Below, in pieces: positions 1 to 9,523 of a stretch of 64,000 nt of DNA. Origin of the DNA: an uncultured Hydrogenophilales bacterium (GTDB lineage Bacteria; Pseudomonadota; Gammaproteobacteria; Burkholderiales; Thiobacillaceae). The stretch is taken from positions 147,404-211,403 of the forward strand of contig CAWFTM010000014.1 of assembly GCA_963818665.1 (NCBI GenBank), in the 5' to 3' direction. The position numbers and the translations under genes are program-made. Positions within the stretch are counted from its first letter, which is position 1. Each line of letters starts with the position of its first letter. A model generated the notes under the pieces. That model saw only the letters and a list, made by a program, of their open reading frames with translations. It was not told the origin of the DNA and searched no databases.

Positions 1-1362
1 GAGGTAGGTGCCGATCACCCGCAGCGGCCTGTTGTCGGCATCGTGGGCGACCACCATGCCGCGCGCGCTGACCCATTTCCAGCTGCCGTCCTTGCATCGC
101 ATGCGATGCTCCTTGTTGAAGGTGTCGCTCTCGCCCTCGGTGAGCTTGCGGCGTACCGAGGTGAGGCCAGGCAGATTGTCCGGGTGGATGCGCTGCATCC
201 ATTCGTCCAGGCTGGTACCGATTTCCTCGTCGGTAAACCCCAGCATTTCCTTGCAGCGGGGTGACAGCAGGATCTGGTTGGTTGCCACGTTCAGATCCCA
301 CACGCCGGCGCCGGTGCTCTCCAGCGCGAAGCGCCAGCGTTCCTCCACGTCCCGCAGCCTGGCATAGACGCCGCTCATCTCCTGCTCGGACGAGACCAGC
401 TTGCGCACCAGCGGCGCCACCAGCCAGTACAGCAGCAGCATCCCAACCGCAACCAGCATCGCCAGCAGCACCGTGATGAGCTTGAGCTGCTGCTTCACCG
501 GGCCGAACAGTTCCGCCCGATCGATCTTCAGCACCATGCCGGGCCCGAGCGAGCCCACCGGCGTGTACGCCGCAATCACCGGTTCGTGCCGATAATCCTG
601 CGCAAAGATCGTCCCGGTTTCGCCATTCAGGGCGTGGCTCATCGGTAGCGCCTTGCCTTCCATCGTGCGGGGCAGCCGCGGCAGAACCTTTCTGGACAGC
701 GCGAACGGGAAGCACTGCAAATCCTTGTCCAGAGCGGCGCACACTGCCAGCTCCGCGGTCTCGCCTATCGTCGCCACCTCGAAGATCGCACGCGTCAGCT
801 GTGACAGCGGCGCTTCCGTTTTCGCCATGCCGATGCGCCTGCCCTGATCGTCCACCACATCGCGGACGACCTGCAGAATCAGTTCGCCGTCCCACAACAA
901 GTGGGCGCGGGCTTGCGTGTTCAGGGGAACGCTGAGTTCGGGGGCAGGCACCATACGGCCGGCCTGTACGACCTCAGCGCCGCGGACATCATGGAAAGAC
1001 ACGCCGGTGAAGCCGGTCGGCAGGAAGGAGTCGGCGATCCGCTGCAGCTCGTATCGGCTCTCGACACTGCCGGGGTCCGCGTTGAGCCGATGCAGGTTCT
1101 GGATCACGAACGGGCGGGTGGAAACGGTCAGCGCATTGTCCACCCCGGCGCCGATCTCGCGCTCGAACAACCGTCGTTCGCTTTGCAGCGAGGCTTCCAG
1201 GCTTTTGACCAGGATGGCCTCCGCCTGCCGCTGCATCACCACGTAGACGGCAATGCCCGACGCAAGGGTGAGCGCAACCAGAATCAGGCCGCCGATGATG
1301 CTGATCCGATGACTCTCGCGATTCCGGCTCAAACGAATCCCCCTGGGTTTCAAACCTTGCAT
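1..1362 (-). CDS. Membrane-bound sensor protein (TM, periplasmic domain, TM, PAS/PAC); runs off the window edge, so the output domain (GGDEF/EAL or kinase) is not visible
   Basis: Not in the ORF track (no stop in window). Manual translation from ATG at 1362 gives MQGLKPRGIRLSRNRESHRISIIGGLILVALTLASGIAVYVVMQ... and, in the same frame at the window edge, a PAS_3/PAC motif WMQRIHPDNL...EHRMRCKDGSWKWVSARGMVVAHDADNRPLRVIGTYL. Confidence 0.8.
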   Translation of the reverse strand, partial: MQGLKPRGIRLSRNRESHRISIIGGLILVALTLASGIAVYVVMQRQAEAILVKSLEASLQSERRLFEREIGAGVDNALTVSTRPFVIQNLHRLNADPGSVESRYELQRIADSFLPTGFTGVSFHDVRGAEVVQAGRMVPAPELSVPLNTQARAHLLWDGELILQVVRDVVDDQGRRIGMAKTEAPLSQLTRAIFEVATIGETAELAVCAALDKDLQCFPFALSRKVLPRLPRTMEGKALPMSHALNGETGTIFAQDYRHEPVIAAYTPVGSLGPGMVLKIDRAELFGPVKQQLKLITVLLAMLVAVGMLLLYWLVAPLVRKLVSSEQEMSGVYARLRDVEERWRFALESTGAGVWDLNVATNQILLSPRCKEMLGFTDEEIGTSLDEWMQRIHPDNLPGLTSVRRKLTEGESDTFNKEHRMRCKDGSWKWVSARGMVVAHDADNRPLRVIGTYL

Positions 1363-1561
1363 GCCGCCTGGGGCGCAGGAAGGTGTGAATCGTTATGTCG
1401 TTTATTTTGCGATTTGAAGCGGGAACTTACCATGCATTGGGGGGGAAGGTTAGGTGGGTGTGCATGGGGAGGGATGGGGGGTTGCGGAACACCGCTTGCC
1501 TCACCACCGTTCGCGCTGAGCGTGTCGAAGCGCTGTTGGGGGAGTGAAGGATCACGGAGGA

Positions 1562-1826
1562 CTGCTGACCGTTGGCCGGGGGTAGCCCGGCGGCTAGTCA
1601 CTTTCTTTTGTCTCGCCAAAAGAAAGTAACCAAAGAAAAGGCGACCCCGACATCCCCGAATTCCCGGAAATCGAACCTGCCGGACGGGCGGCGAAGAACT
1701 CGCCCCGCCTTGTTGTTTTTAATTCGATTTTTGTGGGCGGGGCTCAAACACCTTCGCCGCTGATCCACCCGGCAGGCTCCGATTTCCGGCGGGGCTGTAA
1801 GGGGAGGAAAGTCAAAACCAGGGTGG
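1562..1826 (+). repeat. Left copy of a ~265-bp structured inverted repeat
   Basis: Reverse complement of 2681-2944; first 99 nt differ at one position; contains several internal hairpins. Confidence 0.92.
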
Positions 1827-2680
1827 TAATGACTGGATGGTTTATGCGCTTCGCAACTCCATACTGCGCCATCCGTCAGTGTATCGACGCCCTATACGAG
1901 TTGAGAAGTCAGAGTGCGAATTACCCATGTCTGATCTATCGCGAATGATCGCAACTCTCATGATTCGCCTGAATTGGCCATCTCTGCAGCTTTTGTCAGG
2001 CCAATTTGTCGCTCCAAAGTTGCGTTTCAATCTCATGCGAATAGACGCTCTTGAGACCAATGAACAACATAAGAGAGTTTTACTTTGGTGAACATTATCA
2101 CCTGATCAGGCTCACACGTAGCGATTGTCCGATAATCTTTGTAGACAGGATTGCAGTGATGCAGAAACGATCATGCCGCTTAGTCATCACGAAATGTATC
2201 GTGGATAACGACTGTCGGATCGTCATCGAAGCTCTGCATCGGTTCCACGCAGAATCGATCCTGTTTCGTCCAAGAAATCTTGCCTGATGATCCAATCAGC
2301 GATTTCGCAAATGAGCCTTCTCGTCATGCGTAAGCATCACCGTCTGACAGTGCTTCCAAGATTAAGCCTGTAGCTATGTGCGCGGGATGCACGCGCTTAC
2401 GCAGCTGGGTCCATGTCTCTGTGAAGCAGGTCGCCAAGAAAACTGAACCTCCCCGTCAATGGCGAGTGGCCGTCGCATACGATGTCATTGACGATCTACC
2501 CATCGGACGCTGATTCAGAGACACCGAGTATTGCTAGTGCGCTGGTTGAGATTGCAGATTATCGAGATAGATTGCGATGATGGTCGATCTCAGGCTCGAA
2601 AGCATAATGCCCGATGGGCATATAGATCAAGGTGAGTTAAGGCGCTGAGCAGGAACTATTAATCGCACGTCACGGCATCG

Positions 2681-2944
2681 CCACCTGGTTTTGACCTTCC
2701 TCCCCTCACAGCCCCGCCGAAGATCGAGCCTGTCGGGCGGATCAGCGGCAAAGGTGTTTGAGCCCCGCTCACAAAAATCAAATCAACACAGCACAAGCGG
2801 GGCGAGTTCTTTGCCGCCCGCCCGGCAGCGCTCGATCTTCGGGGTTTCGGGGATGTCGGGGTCGCCTTTTCTTTGGTTACTTTCTCTTGGCGAGACAAAA
2901 GAAAGTGACTAGCCGCCGGGCTACCCCCGGCCAACGGTCAGCAG
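2681..2944 (-). repeat. Right copy of the ~265-bp structured inverted repeat
   Basis: Reverse complement reads CTGCTGACCGTTGGCCGGGGGTAGCCCGGCGGCTAGTCACTTTCTTTTGTCTCGCC..., the same as 1562 onward. Confidence 0.92.
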
Positions 2945-3009
2945 CCAAGACGAGCACCTTCACCAATCCGCTTCGCGGATAACGGCCAGGGCCTACGCCC
3001 TCGTGCCAC

Positions 3010-4419
3010 TTACGCATACCCCCCATACCGATGCATCGGCGTCAGCACAATATCCTCGTGATAGTGATGATGCAGCGCATCCAGCAGCTTGGCGTGTATG
3101 CCGCCGAACCCGCCGTTGCTCATCATCAGCACATGGTCGCCGGGGCGCGCATCGGCCACCAGCTGGCTGACCAGCTTGTCGAGGTCGTCGAACACGCGCG
3201 CCTTGTCGCCCAGCGGCGCCAGCGCTTCGGCGGCGTCCCAGCCGAGGTTGGCGCCGTAGCAGAAGACCTGGTCGGCATCGGCGAGGCTGGCGGGCAGGGC
3301 GTCTTTCATGACGCCGAGCTTCATGGTGTTGGAGCGCGGCTCCAGCACGGCGAGGATGCGCGCCTTGCCGACCTTGCGGCGCAGGCCTTCGAGGGTGGTG
3401 GCGATGGCGGTGGGGTGGTGGGCGAAGTCGTCGTAGACGGTGATGCCGTGGACGGCGCCGCGCATTTCCATGCGGCGCTTGACGTTCTCGAAGCGGGACA
3501 GGGCGTCGATCGCGGCGGCGGCGGGCACGCCGGCGTGGCGCGCGGCGGCAATCGCGGCCAGCGCGTTCATGCGGTTGTGTTCGCCGATCAGCGTCCCACT
3601 TCACGCGGCCCTGCAGGGCGCTGTTGAAGAAGACGTCGAAGTGGCCCTGGGCATCGACTTCGCCGGCGGTCCAGCCGCCGCGCCATCGGCGCTGCCGAAC
3701 GTCTCCACCGGGGTCCACAGCCGCGCTCGAACACGCGGTCCAGGCTGGCCTCGCGGCCGTTGGCGACGATCAGGCCGTTGCCGGGGACGGTGCGCACCAG
3801 ATGGTGGAACTGGGTTTCGATGGCGGCGAGGTCGGGGAAGATGTCGGCGTGGTCGAATTCGAGGTTGTTGAGGACGGCGGTGCGCGGGCGGTAGTGGACG
3901 AACTTGGAGCGCTTGTCGAAGAAGGCGGTGTCGTATTCGTCGGCCTCGATGACGAAGAAGGGGGTGTCGGTGAGCCGCGCGGACATGCCGAAATTCTGCG
4001 GGATGCCGCCGATCAGAAAGCCGGGGCGCATGCGCGCGTCTTCGAGGATCCACGCCAGCATGGCGGAGGTGGTGGTCTTGCCGTGGGTGCCGGCCACCGC
4101 CAGCACCCATTTGTCCTGCAGCACGTTGTCGGCCAGCCATTGCGGGCCGGAGGTGTAGGGCAGGCCGCGTTCGAGGATGTCTTCCATCAGCGGGTTGCCG
4201 CGGGTGACGACGTTGCCGATGACGAAGCACGTCGGCCTTGATGTCGGCCTGGCTGGCGTCGAAGCCTTCGATCAGCTCGATGCCGAGCGCGCGCAGCTGG
4301 TCGCTCATCGGCGGGTAGACGTTGGCGTCGCAGCCGGTGACGGTGTGGCCGGCGGTGCGGGCGATGGCGGCGATGCCGCCCATGAAGGTGCCGCAGATGC
4401 CGAGGATATGGAGGTGCAT
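3010..4419 (-). CDS. mpl: Murein peptide ligase Mpl; split by several 1-bp frameshifts (about 4230 and 3590-3720)
   Basis: MHLHILGICGTFMGGIA start; AVAGTHGKTTT P-loop; IEADEYDTAFFDKRSKFVHY; DDFAHHPTAI; MSNGGFGGIH spread over three ORFs. Confidence 0.93.
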
Positions 4420-4454
4420 TTTGGGTGAGCGGTAAAGGGTGAGTGGTGAGCGGA

Positions 4455-6368
4455 TTATCCCACGGCGGCGGCGCGTCCCTGCTGGATCAGGTGGGTGAGC
4501 AGGGCGCGCAGTTTGGCCGGGCGCAGCGGCTTGTGCAGCAGCGGGAAACCGGCCTGGGTGATGCGCTGGATGGTGTCGGGCGCGGTGTCGCCGGTGACCA
4601 CAATGGCTGGAATCTCGCGGCCGAATTTCTGGCGCAGGCGGGCGATGACTGCGATGCCGTCGTCGTCGGGCAGACGGTAGTCCGACACGATGACGTCGGG
4701 CACGCGGCCGATGCTGGCGAGCCACTGTTCGGCTTCGGCGGCGCTGTGCGCGGTGACCAGGTCGATGTTCCAGTTGTCGAACAGTTCGGCCATGCCGCGC
4801 AGGATCGCGCTTTCGTCGTCCACCAGCAGCACCAGCGCGTCGGCAGGAATCGGCCCCGGCACGCTGGCCGCCATCGGCGGCTGGATCAGGCCGGCGTCGC
4901 CGAGCGGCACGTCGATGCTGAACACCGAGCCGTGGCCGGGGCGCGAGCGCAGATCCACCCGGTGCCCGAGCAGACGCCCCAGGCGCGAGACGATGGCCAG
5001 CCCGAGCCCGAGTCCCTTGTTGCGGTCGCGCGCCGGGTTGTGCAACTGCACGAATTCGTGGAACACGCTTTCCTGCTGGTCGGGCGGGATGCCGCGCCCG
5101 GTGTCGATCACGCTGAGGCGCACCAGACGGCCGCGACGGCGACAGGCCAGCAGCACGCCGCCGTCGTCGGTGTAGCGGATGGCGTTGGCGATCAGGTTGA
5201 CCAGGATGCGTTCGATCAGCAGCGGGTCGCTGTAGAGGGTGACGTCGCACGGGCGGAAGCGCAGCCGCAGCTGCTTGTCGGCTGCCAGCGCGCTGAACTG
5301 GTGTTCCAGATCGAGCACCAGTTTGCGCAGCGGGAAATGCACCGAGTGCGATTCGATGGCGCCTGCATCCAGCCGCGAAATATCCAGCAGCGCATTGAAC
5401 AGCAGCTCCATGGTGGCGGTGGAGGCTTCGATGTTGTCGATCAGGGTTTGCGCCTCGGGCTGGCGGTTGCGCGCCTTCAGTGCGCTGACGAACAGCGACA
5501 GCGCGTGCAGCGGCTGTCGCAGGTCGTGGCTGGCGGCGGCGAAGAAGCGCGTCTTGGCCTGGTTGGCGCGCTCGGCCATGTCCTTCTTTGCGGCCAGATC
5601 GGCGGTCGCTTCGCGGATGCGCTTTTCCAGCTCGCTGCGGTGCGCCTGCAGGGCTTCGGCCATGTTGTTGACGCCGGCGGCCAGCGCGCCGACTTCGCCC
5701 TCGGGCGGCAGGTGCGTGCGCACCGCGAGATCGTCGCAGGCGAGTCGCCCGACCACCTGGCCCACATGCTGCAGCTGTCCGGTCAGGCGGCTCGACAGGC
5801 GCCAGGCCAGCACACCGGTGAGCGCCAGCGCCGCCAGCATCAGGAGCATGGCACGGATCAGGGTGTTGCGCTGGAATTGAGCGATCTGTTCGAGCGACAC
5901 CCCGACATCGACATAGGCGAGCGGGCCGCTGGCAAAAGCGGCGTCGGCATCGAACAGCGAGTCGTCGCGAAAATCGGCAACCGGCAGGCGGACCGCGTTG
6001 CGTATCTGGTAGTAGGCATTCGCAGGCGTTGCACGCGCGGACGGATCGGTGCTGGCGAGCAGCGTCCCGCTGGCATCGGTGACGCGAACGAAGGACAGCT
6101 GGCTGTTCTCGGTTTCGGCTTTGAGCAGCGCATCCACCCGCACCGTGTCGCCGCTGATCAGCGCATACGGCAGGGCATCGGCCAGATGGCGGGCTGCGTT
6201 GCCGGCGCGCGCATGCAAGGCCTGTTCGGCGGTCGCGAGGGTTTGCGAAGTGAAATACGCCACCATCCCGAATTCGGTCAGCAGGGCGGGCAGCAGCGCA
6301 ATCACCAGGATCCGGCTGCGGATGCTGGTGAGCGGCAGGCGATCGAGCCAGGTGCGCAGGCGGTTCAC
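4455..6368 (-). CDS. Hybrid sensor histidine kinase (2 TM, HAMP, HisKA, HATPase, REC)
   Basis: AAASHDLRQPL H-box, NLIANAIRYT, DTGRGI, GLGLGLAIV, C-terminal LLVDDE...SDYRL...HKP. Confidence 0.93.
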   Translation of the reverse strand: MNRLRTWLDRLPLTSIRSRILVIALLPALLTEFGMVAYFTSQTLATAEQALHARAGNAARHLADALPYALISGDTVRVDALLKAETENSQLSFVRVTDASGTLLASTDPSARATPANAYYQIRNAVRLPVADFRDDSLFDADAAFASGPLAYVDVGVSLEQIAQFQRNTLIRAMLLMLAALALTGVLAWRLSSRLTGQLQHVGQVVGRLACDDLAVRTHLPPEGEVGALAAGVNNMAEALQAHRSELEKRIREATADLAAKKDMAERANQAKTRFFAAASHDLRQPLHALSLFVSALKARNRQPEAQTLIDNIEASTATMELLFNALLDISRLDAGAIESHSVHFPLRKLVLDLEHQFSALAADKQLRLRFRPCDVTLYSDPLLIERILVNLIANAIRYTDDGGVLLACRRRGRLVRLSVIDTGRGIPPDQQESVFHEFVQLHNPARDRNKGLGLGLAIVSRLGRLLGHRVDLRSRPGHGSVFSIDVPLGDAGLIQPPMAASVPGPIPADALVLLVDDESAILRGMAELFDNWNIDLVTAHSAAEAEQWLASIGRVPDVIVSDYRLPDDDGIAVIARLRQKFGREIPAIVVTGDTAPDTIQRITQAGFPLLHKPLRPAKLRALLTHLIQQGRAAAVG

Positions 6369-7000
6369 GGGTGCTGCATCAGCCGCTGGATTTCGAGGAC
6401 GGCTTCGGTGCGGTTGCTGACATCGAAGGCACGAAAAATCGCGGCGATGTGCACTTTGACGGTGTTTTCGGTCATCGCCAGCATGCCGCCGATGGCCTTG
6501 TTGGTGCAGCCCTGCGCCAGCAGGCGCGCCACGTCGAGCTGGCGCGCGGTCAGCCCGCTGTGCTGCAGCGCGGCGAAATCGGCGGGCGCCACCGAATGCA
6601 GCCCGCTGTCGCCCAGATTGCCCGGAACATAGATGTCGCCTGCCAGCACCTGCCGCAACGCGGCCAGCATCACGGCGGTGGGGGCGGCCTTGGGGATGTA
6701 GCCGAGCGCGCCGACTTCGAGTGCGCTGCGAATATCGTGCGCTGATTCCGACGCCGACAGCACCACCAGCGGAATGTCCGGGAAGCGATTGCGAAACTGG
6801 CTGATGCCCTGGATGCCGACGAAGCCCGGCATGGTCAGATCGACCAGCGCCAGATCGAGATCGGGATGCACGGCGGTTTGCGCAAACAGGCTGGGGTAAT
6901 CGTGCGCGTCGATGATGTCGACTGCCGGCTCCAGTTGCACCAGCACCTGTCGCACGCCCTCGCGCATCAGCGGATGGTCGTCGGCCAGCAGGATTTTCAT
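6365..7000 (-). CDS. NarL/LuxR-family response regulator
   Basis: MKILLADDHPLMREG receiver; LTARQLDVARLLAQGCTNKAIG...TVKVHI HTH; 4-bp overlap with the kinase. Confidence 0.95.
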   Translation of the reverse strand: MKILLADDHPLMREGVRQVLVQLEPAVDIIDAHDYPSLFAQTAVHPDLDLALVDLTMPGFVGIQGISQFRNRFPDIPLVVLSASESAHDIRSALEVGALGYIPKAAPTAVMLAALRQVLAGDIYVPGNLGDSGLHSVAPADFAALQHSGLTARQLDVARLLAQGCTNKAIGGMLAMTENTVKVHIAAIFRAFDVSNRTEAVLEIQRLMQHP

Positions 7001-7041
7001 CGCACGAGTTTCATGGGGGTGGATTCAGGCATGGCGCGATT

Positions 7042-7209
7042 CTAGTACCTCAACCCATAAGTTTCGCTATGTTCGACACGCCCCGCATCGTCGATTGCTT
7101 TGTCGCTCATCCTCGCCATAGCTACGGCTATGGCTGCGGTTCGCTTCGCGCACTCGACGCGCGGATGCGTGTCTCGGCATGTACGCAAACTTTTGGGTTG
7201 AGGTACTAG
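7042..7209. mobile_element. 168-bp palindromic MITE-like element with CTAG ends
   Basis: TIR CTAGTACCTCAACCCA...TGGGTTGAGGTACTAG; central hairpin GCCATAGC-TACG-GCTATGGC; non-coding. Confidence 0.78.
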
Positions 7210-7268
7210 TGCCCTGAATCAGAAATATCGAAATGGCTTCACGACACGCGTGCAGCCGGAATGCACTG

Positions 7269-7751
7269 CTACTTGCCGCGCACCTTGCGCCCGCCCTCGT
7301 CGATGGCCGCTTCCAGATAGCCGAAGTAGTAGTCCGGGGTCAGCAGGCCGACGATGGCTTCGCCGGTGTCGCCACCACGGGCGTCGAGCACCTTGACGGT
7401 GGGCACCATGTATACCTTGTGCCCGGCGGCGAACGCGCCTTCGGTGGTGGCCGCGCCGTCGAAATCCGTCAGCGGGGTGGTCGCGCCGACGGTGACTTCG
7501 CGGATGATGGCACGCTTGCGATAGGCCGGATCCTTGTGCATCGGGATCAGATATTCGTTCTTGACGCGCTCGCAGTAATGGCAGCCGGGGCTGGTGAAGA
7601 TCACCAGGATCGGTACCTTGCGTTGCGTGGCCGTGCGTGCGTCGGCCTTGAAATCCTTCGCCTGAACCAGACCGTCAGCCGCGCCGGCCAGGCCGGCCAG
7701 CGCCAGCCCGCATGCTAAAATCAAGGCCCGGGCAGCGTCCCGTCGCGTCAT
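7269..7751 (-). CDS. Exported thioredoxin-fold protein (SoxW/Thioredoxin_2-like)
   Basis: Signal peptide; [10 protein letters not shown] CxxC; VYMVPTV cis-Pro loop; AAGGA RBS. Confidence 0.8.
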   Translation of the reverse strand: MTRRDAARALILACGLALAGLAGAADGLVQAKDFKADARTATQRKVPILVIFTSPGCHYCERVKNEYLIPMHKDPAYRKRAIIREVTVGATTPLTDFDGAATTEGAFAAGHKVYMVPTVKVLDARGGDTGEAIVGLLTPDYYFGYLEAAIDEGGRKVRGK

Positions 7752-7841
7752 GTGATCGTTCCTTTGTGTGGGTGCAGACACGCCATCAGCGCCATTGTCG
7801 CGTCACCCTTGTGCCAAATCAAACAGTCTATTCCTACCGCC

Positions 7842-8765
7842 ATGCATACCCTGACTATTGCCTCCCGTGAAAGTGCCCTCGCCATGTGGCAGGCAGAGCA
7901 TATCCGCGACCGCCTGCGCGCGCTGCATCCGGGCTGCACGGTCAATATACTGGGCATGACCACGCGCGGCGACCAGATTCTCGACGTCACGCTGTCCAAA
8001 ATCGGCGGCAAGGGCCTGTTCGTCAAGGAGCTCGAAGTCGCGCTGGAAGCCGGGCAGGCCGATCTGGCGGTGCATTCGATGAAGGATGTGCCGATGGAGT
8101 TGCCGCCCGGCTTCGAACTGGCGGTGATCGGCGAGCGCGAAGACCCGCGCGATGCCTTCGTCTCCAATCAATATGAACGCCTGTCCGACCTGCCGCCCGG
8201 CGGCGTGGTCGGCACCTCCAGCCTGCGCCGCGAAGCGCAGCTGCGCGCGCGCTATCCGCATCTGACGGTGAAGCCGCTGCGCGGCAACGTCGGCACCCGT
8301 CTGAAAAAGCTCGACGAAGGCCAGTTCGACGCCATCCTGCTCGCCGCCGCCGGGCTGAAGCGGCTCGGTCTGGGCGACCGCATCAAGAGCCTGTTCAGCG
8401 TGGAAGACAGCATCCCCGCCGCCGGCCAGGGTGCGCTCGGCATCGAAATCCGCAGCGGCCAGGCCGAGGTCGCCGCCATGCTGACCGCGCTGAATCATCC
8501 CGAAACCGCTGCCTGCGTGCGCGCCGAACGCCAGGTCAGCCGCGTGCTCGGCGGCAGCTGCCAGGTGCCGCTGGGCGCCCATGCAGTGCTGCAGGACGGC
8601 AAGCTGGTGATGAATGGTTTTGTGGCACACCCGGACGGCAGCCGTTTCATCCACGATTGCGCCGAAGGCGATCCGCGCGACCCCGAAGCGGTCGGCCAGC
8701 AGCTTGCCGACAAGTTGCTGGCGCAAGGCGCGCGCGCCATTCTCGACGCCTTGCCGCCTGCATGA
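7842..8765 (+). CDS. hemC: Hydroxymethylbilane synthase
   Basis: [47 protein letters not shown]. Confidence 0.97.
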   Translation: MHTLTIASRESALAMWQAEHIRDRLRALHPGCTVNILGMTTRGDQILDVTLSKIGGKGLFVKELEVALEAGQADLAVHSMKDVPMELPPGFELAVIGEREDPRDAFVSNQYERLSDLPPGGVVGTSSLRREAQLRARYPHLTVKPLRGNVGTRLKKLDEGQFDAILLAAAGLKRLGLGDRIKSLFSVEDSIPAAGQGALGIEIRSGQAEVAAMLTALNHPETAACVRAERQVSRVLGGSCQVPLGAHAVLQDGKLVMNGFVAHPDGSRFIHDCAEGDPRDPEAVGQQLADKLLAQGARAILDALPPA

Positions 8766-9523
8766 TCGAGCCGCTGGCGGGACGCACGGTGCTGGTGACG
8801 CGGCCTGCGCATCAGGCCGCTGCGCTGGTGCAGTTGATCGAGGCGGCCGGTGGCGCGGCGGTGGCGTTTCCCGCGCTGGCGGTCGAGGCGGTGGAGGCCA
8901 GTCAGCTGACCGGCGCGCGCTCGCATCTGGCCGAAGCCGACATGGTGATTTTCATCAGCCCCAATGCGGCGCAGTTCGGCATGGCGGCGATCGGCACCCT
9001 GCCTGCAGCGATCCGGGTGTTTGCAGTGGGACCGGGCACCGCGCGCGCGCTCGCTGCGCACGGCGTCACGGATGTCATCACGCCGGACGGCCAGGACAGC
9101 GAAGCGCTGCTCGCCTTGCCCGCCTTGCAGGACGTCGCCGGCAAGCGCGTGGTGATCGTGCGCGGGGTCGGCGGCCGTCCCCTGCTGGCCGATACGCTCG
9201 GCGCGCGCGGGGCGCAGGTGCATTATCTGGAATGCTACCGGCGCGTCTGCCCGCAGGCCGATGCCGCACCCTTGCGGGCGCGCTGGCAGGCGGGCGGCAT
9301 CGATGCGGTCACGGTCGCCAGCGCGGAAACGCTGCACAATCTGGCCGCGCTGCTGGGCGAAACGGGCGCGCCCTTGCTGGCGACCACGCCGCTTTTCGCG
9401 CCGCATGAGAAAATCGCCGCAGCGGCCCGCCGTTTCGGCATCGCACCCGTCATCGCCACGCCGGGTGGTGATGCGGGTCTGGTGGCGGGCCTGATCAACT
9501 GGTTTGGAACAATTCATGAATAG
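8762..9523 (+). CDS. hemD: Uroporphyrinogen-III synthase
   Basis: [32 protein letters not shown]; ATGA overlap with hemC. Confidence 0.93.
   Translation: MIEPLAGRTVLVTRPAHQAAALVQLIEAAGGAAVAFPALAVEAVEASQLTGARSHLAEADMVIFISPNAAQFGMAAIGTLPAAIRVFAVGPGTARALAAHGVTDVITPDGQDSEALLALPALQDVAGKRVVIVRGVGGRPLLADTLGARGAQVHYLECYRRVCPQADAAPLRARWQAGGIDAVTVASAETLHNLAALLGETGAPLLATTPLFAPHEKIAAAARRFGIAPVIATPGGDAGLVAGLINWFGTIHE

Noticed and set aside
1572-2934. Two similar small ORFs MAGGSPAASHFLLSRQ... (1572-1763 +, 2659-2934 -) as a paralogous peptide pair
   Set aside because: They are translations of the inverted repeat; indels break the shared frame while base pairing is conserved
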